Source: Octopus vulgaris (Eukaryota). From it: DNA of 64,000 bases. The notes beneath the pieces are model-generated. The model was not told the origin of the DNA and ran no database searches. It saw only the letters and a program-made list of their open reading frames with translations. Location: positions 173,600,001 to 173,664,000 of the forward strand of contig OX597815.1 of the NCBI GenBank assembly GCA_951406725.2. The letters are read 5' to 3'. The first letter of the stretch is position 1. Each line of letters starts with the position of its first letter. Positions 54,112 to 64,000 of this stretch are shown here, one piece after another. The translations under genes were made by a program, and so were the position numbers.

Positions 54112-55361
54112 GTAATATGAATGATTATCTTCATACTGTAATCAATCATTCTAAGTGTGGCAAATAATAAAAAACCAGCATCTTATATTTTTAAAACATA
54201 TGAAAGGAAAAAATGTATTTTAACATTTAGTGTAATTACCAAATCAGTTTGACTCTAATCATAGAAATAATCTGTCTATACATGTTTGCCTATGATATTA
54301 AAAAAAGAGAAGATATCTTCCTATCATCTGTATATCTAGCTAACTTGTTTTATTCCCTGTTTTATCTGATAGAATCTACTAAATCTTTATTGACAAGTCT
54401 CTTAATGCTCTTACAAGATCATAGAAAGAAAAAAAAAACTTTAAGCAATGTATTAAAAAACTCCTAATCTGCTGAAGCTACTGAAGTACTATAATTTTCT
54501 TTTTTTAAGTTGTTTTTGTTTTAATCGTGAAATCATTATCACCATTGATACATTCAAGTGTAAGCCTTCTCATTCACCTAAAAATCTGATTTTCAATTGC
54601 AACCCTTACATGGCTGTTGAAAAGTTTTACCAGAGTAATATTGATGCTAAATCCTCAATTCAGTTCAGTTTGTTGCTCAAGAGAATTTTGCAAAATTGGT
54701 ACATATGTAATTCTTTGCTGAAAATTGATTGCTTTATATATAAATTTGCAAAGCATAAATTTATAATTTTTAAAGCATAATCCTAATGCAATCACACAAT
54801 TGGAACATCTATTTACTTTCTTAATATGGTTGGCGGAATTGTTTGACAAGGTAATATCTTCATATTCTGCAATGATTTACAGTTTAGGAAAGAATGAAGA
54901 AAAATGAGATGCTATTTCTAAGAAAGCAACATAAACGAATCCAGAGACCAAGTTTACAGCAACATAGTAGAACTAATAATAATGATATTGATTTCTAACA
55001 TGGACACAAAGCTTCAAATTTGAGTGAGCTACTCAGTTAGGCTGTCTATAGTAGTTGACTAGAAATTTTCGCTTATCAGTCTTATATGTAAAGGTAAAGT
55101 GTTAACCTCTGTTGAATTAGAATCCAGAAATTAAAATATATAACTAAGTACCACACAGTCTTGTGTTCAATGGTCTACTGATTCTATCAAGCAATGACTT
55201 GAGTAATACACACACACACACTCAAAAGAAGTGTAGATGAATATCAACATAACCATAGAACTGTAAATGTGATGAGAACTAATAACAGAACAGATGCAGC
55301 ACAGAACTATCAAACTAAGTAGATGGTGATGCCAGTAAGCACAATATTGGAGCCTCTAAGT

Positions 55362-55582
55362 CAGTGGTTCCTAAACTTTTTCAGGCTGCCCCCACCCCCA
55401 CAAACATAGACCACTTTCTGCAGCAAATTCAAAACAACAGTATTTCACAAATAAAACTTCACCTAATTAACCCATTATTGTTGTTTTTACATCCACCACC
55501 CACTCCTGGGCCATCCTATTATCATCCAACTTTTCCTCAACACCCACCAAGGTGGCAGTACTGCCCATTTTGGGAACCACTG
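55362..55582. mobile_element. hAT (Charlie-like) MITE
   Basis: TIRs CAGTGGTTCCTAAA / TTTGGGAACCACTG; 8-bp TSD CTCTAAGT / CTGTAAGT. Confidence 0.85.
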
Positions 55583-56749
55583 CTGTAAGTGGTCATTTAA
55601 CCGGCTAGAAATAACAACCAATATTACACTCAAATTACCCTCCGCTATCTCAGAAAAACTAGGAGGGCTCATATTAAATGAAATAGTGGTATGTAAGATT
55701 TTTTGCTCATAGGTCTGCTCAACCAAGATTTCTTAAAAGCTAAATAATAAAAAAGCTAGTATTCTATGTTTTCCTTGTATTCATTATGCACAAAACACAT
55801 TCTTTACAGTATCATCATGCAACTGCAATGAACAAGGCAATAATATTTCAAGTATAATAGACAATACACACAAAATTACAAAGAAAAACAAAACTTAGTG
55901 ACCTAGGGAAATGAGGGGCACTTATTTGATAACTTAATCACAATGCAATATGAATGCCAGAAGCTGTAACTTTCCAATAAAGTTGCTTCCAAAAAGAAGA
56001 CTCACTTCCTTCACCTCTCATTGTTTAAAATGAAAATGAGATAGTAGACCAAAAACAATATATTTAATACAGCCATACTATAGCTCCCTTCAGCTAGTAT
56101 ATAAATTCTCTAAAGCCCTGAGTTATTTCTCAAATTTTAGCTTTAAAAAGAAACTCAAATGAAATGTGAATATATGCAGCTTTTTAATGTACAAAAAAAC
56201 CCCTCAGAAATAGAACAGCTCATAAAAATTCATGAAGAAAAATAATACAACCCAACCACAGAAAAAAAGCTAAGGTCATTGAAATCTCAGAAATAAGCAG
56301 AAATGACTACAAATGAAAAGGCCATACTATCACACACACAATACAAAACTAAAGAGAGAAAAAAACTCCTAAGAAATAACCAGCCCAATACTCAGTTACA
56401 ACAAAAGTATACTTTTGCCCCTCTTATAACAAGAAACCTTAACAATATCCTGCATAATGATAATATAAGCAGAGTCAACAAAATAAAAAAAAACTGTAAC
56501 AAAATTCATCAACATTGATCAACAGAAACACCTCCTCAAATGATGAATAAATCCTCTATGCAGTCACTTGCTTTGCTAAAAATAGCAACCAAATCTTCAT
56601 CTAATCACGGCCTGCTATTTTAAGAAAGAAATAGCTATTTGATAAAGTTTTCTCTAAAGTATAAATAATATGACTGGAAAAAATGGATGGGATGGTCATG
56701 GTTGGAATGCTTTTGATATGCTTGATCAGGTCTAACATCGAGATAAAAA

Positions 56750-57330
56750 GAAAAGAAATAAACAAAAACCTCCACGAAATAATTGTCAAATACAATGAGA
56801 TCCTTCAAAAGATTTTCCTCAAGCAAATCCACAATAATGTAATTTACTCAGTAGCCATAGTAGTGATGAAGAAAGAAAAATACACAACACATATTTGACA
56901 AAAGAAAGAGAAAAACTATCAATAATGAACAATATTAAGAAAAGAGATGCCTGGAGTGAAAGAAAAATTGAAATAACTGATCCTAGCAAATAAATGCTGG
57001 ATAAGATACTTTGAAAAATAAGATGCTCTTCTATCAGAATGACTAATTTCAGACAAAATTCCACAGACATTAAAAGACTAATAACAACCACAATTGAAGA
57101 TACAACTAACAAAAAATACTATTCTGCTTAAGAGAGCACATGGAACTAAAATATACAAGGAAGCTATACAACAAATAGGAAACTAAAGAAAAAAAGAAAG
57201 AAATTCCACAATTGTGGCTCAGTATGATTAGTAATGAATTTACCAACTGAAAATCTCTAGCAATTGAAAGGTTCCTAGGATTGATGAAGTCCTGAATTCC
57301 TGGTTAAAGAGCTTAATCAGCACACAAGAA
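56750..57330 (+). mobile_element. Very degenerate LINE remnant (possibly R4/Dong-like)
   Basis: A-rich coding-like tract ending in a GLMKS*IPG / DEVLNSWLKSL-type segment reminiscent of PGxDxxxNxWLKxL. Confidence 0.3.
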
Positions 57331-57667
57331 ATAAAGAGATCAAAATTTAATTTTAATCTCTTTATTTCCACTGGTTGCAATATTAATTTCCTCAATAAAA
57401 AGAAAAACAATATCTACATTTGTAGATCATGTAATCTATATTATTTACAAGTTACATGTACATCTGTTTAACATGTGTAATAATGCATATGAAAAGAAAT
57501 GTACAATGCATGAAACTACATACATCTCGGAAATGATATATGGAATTACAAAATGGATGTAAATTATATCAGACTATTATCTGTCAAACTTTCTACTTGA
57601 ACAGATAATGTTTGTCTCAGTCATGTTTTGAGAGAATGAGAAGTGGGGGGGGGGGTGAGAGAGAGAG

Positions 57668-57703
<36 letters not shown>

Positions 57704-58699
57704 CGTTTAAATAATTAGCATATATTGAAACTCTGAAGATTAAATAGTTTAAAAATATAAAGAAATAATGATGGAAAAAGAATTTGAAAATTATGACATT
57801 TTCAATGACAAACAATTCATATTCTTACTGTTTCCTTGAATTAACTTAAAAAAAAATAACAGGGAAATAAAGAAATTATTCAGAATTATTACAAAAATAA
57901 GAAAAATTAAATTAACTTTTGTAATTAAACACTAAAAAAAAAAAACTGTTAATTTATAACATTAATTCAGAATAAGTTATACAACATTGTTTCTAAATAT
58001 TTATCAGAATATGAAAACAAAATTTTCCATATAAAATTTTTTATTACTATTTCTATTTTTAAGGAAAAGAAAACATTTCTAATGTAAAATAAAGTAATAT
58101 GTCTTCTGTTTTGTATTTTAGTTTGCATTTGTCAAATTAAATACAATATTCAAACATGATGAAATTGCTGAAGGCTTAATTTAATAACAGAACAGCAATT
58201 TTATTAAAATTTAACAAACCTACAACAAAGTAGATAAAATGATTTTAAAAGGCAACATGGTATTATTGCCAAAACTCTATTCTGTCTTATTATTAAATTA
58301 TATTCACAACTGTTAGCCCATTTGTAGCATTCTGCCTGCACCCATAGTAATACACATGATGTCAAGTTGAGCTTCAAACAATTATAGTTCTTGGCAATGG
58401 CTAAAAGCATGTAAATGCTTTCATAGAATAGTTTCGTGATTATTTACGAAGAAAGAAGACATCAAGACAAGAATAGACTAGGATGAAATGAAGTAGTCAT
58501 GAGACAAGACACACAAAAAATTTGAGAGGGAATTGGGAGTAAAAGAAAACCAAAGGATGTTGGAGGATTTAAGTATCCAATAAATTTTTAATTTATAATT
58601 ATAAAATTATCATTTTGCATGACTTCCTCTAAAAATAAAGTGCACTAGTTATAAAACTCAATTTGTAGAAAATTTATGGCATAGAATTCCAAAATTTGT

Positions 58700-60050
58700 G
58701 GAAGTTTAGCATGCAACTAAAACACGAATTTGAGGTGGTGACAGGAGTGAAAATTAACCATGACCATTCATAATCGTGCTGTAATTACAATATAATGTTA
58801 CATGGGTAGTCACTATTACATTCAGGCTCTAGTATTATATTTCTTATGAGGCTATGAGGTTTGTAAAGGGAACAGAGAATTTGTTACATTTAAGATAGTT
58901 TGAAACTTTTTGAATGTGTCCCACAAAAAGGCAAAGAAGGATTTCACTGATATTTTTGTGGTCTGGCATTTCTCAGTATGAGAACCACAGTGAGTGGAAT
59001 TTACTATGTTTTGGGGGCTTTTCATAGCACACTCATCTAATCTGCCTTAAGTTATTTCAATGTCAAGGGTCTATGACAAAATTACATTATCACAGTTATG
59101 GACCTTTCTCTTAGATATTTCCCAAGTAATCTATTGCATTATACCTAAAAATGGTTGGCCACATCTCCAGTGAGACTGACACTGAGGGTCACATCTTTCT
59201 CTTGTATACATAGTTTAAAATTAAATATGAATATACCACTTAATGTGTTGTTTATACAAGTATAAACACTATTTACGCATACTTCTAATTTGACTGAGGT
59301 TTGTGAGAGTTTAGACAGGTTTATTCCATTAAACCAATGCTTACTGGGATCTTATTTATAGACAAGATAATGGTAAATGAACTACTTCATTTAGATCTTA
59401 TGGAGCAAAATCTTTTAAAACCATGTTTAGTAATCTCATCATTAACTCATACGAGTTTTAAGAGAACCCTCAGTTCCTTGGTATTATCATCATACATTAT
59501 CACATCACTCCTGAAAATCACTTTCATGTATTTCTCAACAACAAAATCAATACTGAAAGGTGGATATCAATGCTTCCTACAATGCTATCTTTAAAGTTGC
59601 ATGAATGGTAATAGTCATTGATCCAACTAAAGAGGAATCTGCAAACACTCTAGAGGGTAAATGACTATCAAAGTGAAACAACCTGTGTTGCAAAGGATGT
59701 TGGCACCACAAACAGGATTAGCTGGAGATCCAGCAATAGTATCAGAGATAGATCTATGATCCTTCTCAATCCCATAATGTGCAGGTATGATATTGTTGGT
59801 GTCTTGCAAGTTGTTTGTAGTTTAACTCTTTGGCTAAAAGGTGTGACATCACATTCTCATATGAGCATTGAGGAGCTTTATTGTCTTTGTGAACTTTTGT
59901 GATATTAATATGCTATTACATAATTTGAATATAGTAGAATGTCTGTAGGGAATAGGGATACATCACCATGGTCAATTACACAACTAGTGCATATGCATTT
60001 CATGGCAGATTGACCATCTCCAAATTACAACAATATCTGCATCTAATACG
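58700..60050 (-). mobile_element. Possible Helitron PIF1-helicase remnant
   Basis: Eroded motifs in the expected order on the minus strand (DIVVIW ~ LIIWDE, IIPA ~ ILPV, VLILRNA ~ MLLRNL). Confidence 0.35.
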
Positions 60051-61007
60051 AATCTTGTGAAACAAATACAGTACATGCTCTCTCACATACAACTCACTTT
60101 GAACATTTAATTTTTCTAGTATAATTAACTAACATTCAAGGACAGCTTGGTCAAAAAGAAACTGGTAATATATGTATTAAAAAAAAAGCAGATTAAACAA
60201 ATGTATATTATATTTAGAAAATTTCTATAAACAGTTCCAAGAGAAGTTGCGACCATAGCATACTAGCATTTTTTCTTAAAAAGAGAAAATTCATAATAAA
60301 AAAAGAGAGTTACAAATGAAAGCAGGAAGGCTAATACTTATAATCATAACAGTTCATATTAGGTAATTAAAATAACTATTTTTTGAGGTTATGAAAAGTA
60401 AATATCATTTTGACACTAACCCATCTTAGACCACTCTGCTTCTATGAAACAAACTTTCTGCTTTAAAGTGAACTAAATTAATACCTTCCATCAAATTTTA
60501 TATTTATGTTCCAAACACCAGCTTAATACCAAAGTTATCTTACTAAACACCACATTATTTTCAATATTATTTGCAATAAAAGCACTGTATTTCAACAGTC
60601 AGGGTGGATTGTAAAGAATTATTAGAGTGCTGGGGGACTGCCTTGTAGGGTCTAGTTTCAGCATGTTCAGATTCAAGTTTCACTTAAGTCAGCTTTGACT
60701 TTCATCCTTCCAATGTTGACATAATGAACCAGTCAATTTAAATTATCTCCTTTCCAATATCTGTGGCTTTTGTGCTAATGCTAGAATTATTAGGAACAAA
60801 TGCCATAGAGTCAAATCAACTACACAGTTTCAATTCCTGGTTTATGTGATTTCACTTTACTTTTATTTACATGGATAATACCCTTTTAAAAGTTACAAAT
60901 ATAACACTTTTATTTCCTTTTCTCTGAAGTACTTTATTTAATTTTACCAAGCAATTGCAAATGATTTTTATTTTGCGCCTTATTTTATTATTTCTAACTT
61001 ATTTTTC

Positions 61008-61190
61008 AGCTGGCAGAATTGTTAGAGTATCATAAAAATTTTTTTGCAGTATCTGATCAGCCTCTTAACATTCCAAATTCAAATTCCGCTAAGGGTAACT
61101 TTGCTCTTCATTTCTTCAGTATCAATAAAATAAAGTACCAGTCAAATACTGGAGTTGATGGCATCAACTAACTCCTCCCCATAAAAACTA
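61008..61190 (+). mobile_element. SINE family B copy
   Basis: agctggcagaattgttag...ttcaaattccgc...aataaagtaccagtcaaatactggagttgat. Confidence 0.8.
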
Positions 61191-61236
61191 CTAGTTTAAA
61201 ACAGAAAACATTATCTCTAACCTATCTACTCTGATA

Positions 61237-61457
61237 ATATTGGTTTAAAATTTTGGCACAAGGCCAACAAGTTCGGTGGAGGGGGGGGGGGGGGGCAAGT
61301 TAATTACATCAATCCCAGTGCTCAAGAGGTACTTGTTTTATCAACCCTGAAAGATGAAAGGCAACGTCAACCTTGAATTTGAACTCTAAATGTAAGGACA
61401 AAATTTTGCTAGCCATTTCGCCCAGTGTGTTTAAGGATTCTGCCAGCTCACTGCCCT
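61237..61457 (-). mobile_element. SINE family B copy, inverted relative to 61008-61190
   Basis: Reverse complement begins gggcagtgagctggcagaatc...gagttcaaattc; degenerate flanking duplication tctgataatatt / tctggtaatatt. Confidence 0.85.
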
Positions 61458-61697
61458 ATATTCTGGTAATATTAAAAAAATTCTTAGAATCTGTTTCTTT
61501 CTTTAGTTTTTCTATTTTCCACTGAGAAGTTTTAACCCAATGGCTCCATGGCATTTTACTTCAGTGACAGAATTACAAATTATGTTGTTCTGAATATCAT
61601 TCTGATGTGATTTTCTTAAAAAATGTTCTTATTTTGCAATAAAATTAAATATTAATAAATTTAAGTTTTATTTCTACAGTAGATGCAAATTCTAGGC

Positions 61698-61851
61698 CAG
61701 TAATGGGCCAATTGCAATCAGTGAGACTTTCTGAATAGTACATCAACAAAAATTACCTTGAATTTTTTTCTTTTTTTTTTAATAGTGAGCCCCCACCATT
61801 ATGCATCATGTCTCACATGGCCTGCTTTTCAAAAAAAGTTGCCCATGCCTA
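61698..61851. mobile_element. hAT (Charlie-like) MITE
   Basis: TIRs CAGTAATGGGCCAA / GTTGCCCATGCCTA; 8-bp TSD TTCTAGGC / TTCTAGAC. Confidence 0.75.
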
Positions 61852-63268
61852 TTCTAGACAATGCATTTTTGAAGTGTCATTTTCTACTATGGTCTACTAG
61901 AGTACTGTGATGATGGTGTTATCTTTATTGTCTTTTTTTGTTACAGACATTCTAGATTGATAGGTAAAAGTTTGGAGCTTGCATCTAGACAAAGAAAGTG
62001 GAGGTGTAGAAAGGCTTAAATGTAATTCTCCAATGTTTCAAAGGGAAGATATATCTTTAATTTTATGTATTTATATAAGTCACAGTACTGAATCTTTTTA
62101 ACAAGCCTACAATAATTTATTGCAGGCTGGAAAATAACTAAATAAACTATATTACTTATTTGTACCAAGTTTTTTGATGTAAGAAGGACAGAAAGCAAAA
62201 TAACTTACATAAGATTTATAAGGAACTTATGTGTGATTTCATTATGAAGCTTATACATACAAATATAAATTTATTATCTAGAAACATTCCTTTCTTGAGT
62301 AAAGGCCTTTTTCAGAAGCAGAGAAAATTTGGCGACTATGAGTAAGATATTGTAATGCACTCTGTCTTCTTTATAGCACTTACCAATTACATGGCTCGTA
62401 CAAACTGTACTTTATTTATAGTAATCAATTTTCACATCAGTTTATTACAATATTACTAAAATATTGAGAAAAGACTTCTATGTCTACTTCAAATATCAGT
62501 CTGATAAAAAAAAAAATTGATTCACCTCTTTTTCATTCAGATCCGATTTAAATTCAGATTAAAATAATCATAATATATTTAAATGAATTGACCTAAATAT
62601 GAGAAACATATCAGGTTTGGATTAATTGTGAAAGAAAATTGCATTAAAATATTCCATTATTTAAGTTTGATTTCATTTCATTTGTCTTCCTACACTATTC
62701 AGAAAGAACAAGTGTAGAAAAGAAGAAAAAAATCAAGAAACTCTTCTTAAAGGAAAGATTTGTATTCACTAACAAATGTTATATATAATCATAGTGAAAA
62801 ATACTTATGGGGAAAAAAATGGGCAGTGGGATGTAAAAGTTAATGAGAGCTGACTAGTTTATAAGCCCATATAAAATGGCGACAACAGTCTATTCTGTTG
62901 CTAACCATTATACTATAGGTGCATCCTATAGTTGATATTTGTTTTGTCTTCACTTCCCTCTTTTTATAAATCCGCCTCATCCAACCAACTCAGGTTTGAA
63001 CATTTAATCATATAAGTTCAGTTCTTCTCAGCCTCATTCAGAATCAAATACTGATCAGTTTTGATTAGTGTAAAATGTTAAATTTACATCAATGTTTTTT
63101 TTTTTTTTAAAGGGTTCAATAACAACAGGAATTCAATCAGTTGCCATTGATTTAAATGCAGTTGAATCATTATCATTACAGACAAAATTTTCATTATATT
63201 TAAAAATAAATCCAGAATAATTTCCTAAATATTTATTGGAGAAAAATAGTGGAAATTAATCAGCTTAA

Positions 63269-63799
63269 CCCTTTTGATGCAAATGTGTTTGAGAATGTCT
63301 GATTTTATAATTCAAAACAATCTAATTTTGAAATGTTTGTAAATATGTAAAAAAAACTATTATGATAGCACAACCGTGGCTGAGTGTTTAAGAGACTTGC
63401 TTCCCAACCATGAAGTAATGGCTTCAGTCCCACTGCACAGCACCTTGGGCAAGTGTCTTCTACTATAGTGTTGGGAGTGGATTTGGAAGTCACAATTTGA
63501 AAGAAGCCTGTCATGTATGTGTATTTGTCCCACCACTGCTTGACAACTGGTGTTGGTTTGTTTATGTCTCCATAATTTAACAGTTTGGCAAAAAGAGACC
63601 TATAGAATAAGTACCAGACATTTAAAAAATCAGTACTACAATTGATTTGTTTCACTAAACCTTTTCAATGCCTTAACATGGCTGCAGTCCTATGACTGAA
63701 ACATACAAGATATGCTCCAAACACCAAAGCCTAGATTATTTTTCAAATTAATTAAAACACATTGACAGTGTATGTCATTAGAAATACGGCAAGGAAGGG
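63269..63799. mobile_element. piggyBac-type MITE interrupted by a SINE
   Basis: TTAA|CCCTT ... AAGGG|TTAA. The interior resembles fragments at ~36.6-36.8 kb and ~60.4-60.6 kb. Confidence 0.7.
63367..63710 (+). mobile_element. SINE family A copy nested in the MITE
   Basis: gtggctgagtgtttaag...ttcagtcccactgcacagcaccttgggcaagtgtcttctactatag...catggctgcagtc-atgactgaaac. Confidence 0.88.
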
Positions 63800-64000
63800 T
63801 TAAATTATTTTTCATCATCACTATTATTATTGAAAGTTAGTTTCTCCATTCTGGATAAATTACATAGGCCTACAATGTTTCAGAATATTTCTATTTTAAT
63901 CCTAATTCTCACATATCTGCTTTTCCTTTCCTTAAAAAAAAAAAAAAATTACAGCATTGCATGCACACCTATTTGTTGAAAGAAAGAGATAGCTATATCA

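Overview
AT-rich metazoan genomic DNA with many microsatellites and transposon remnants, not a prokaryotic locus. The SINE and RTE-LINE families resemble octopus (coleoid cephalopod) repeats; this is recognition, not a database result. The window lies inside a large minus-strand dystrophin (DMD/Dys) gene. Three phase-0 coding exons with canonical AG/GT sites (52076-51921, 31462-31304, 14009-13770) splice into one open frame. From recalled sequence, it aligns with human dystrophin exons 36-38 (spectrin repeat R13 and the start of R14). The rest is intron, filled with CR1/L2, RTE and I/Jockey LINE remnants, two tRNA-derived SINE families, a Penelope-like fragment with a hammerhead motif, Tc1/mariner-pogo, hAT, piggyBac and Helitron elements, and microsatellites. 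Almost all ORFs in the supplied track are spurious or TE-derived. The best leads are a young composite VNTR + RTE-tail retroelement, candidate internal first exons in a TE-poor block, inverted repeats flanking two in-frame exons (circRNA/ADAR potential), candidate recursive splice sites and an extra linker between R13 and R14. None is established from sequence alone.
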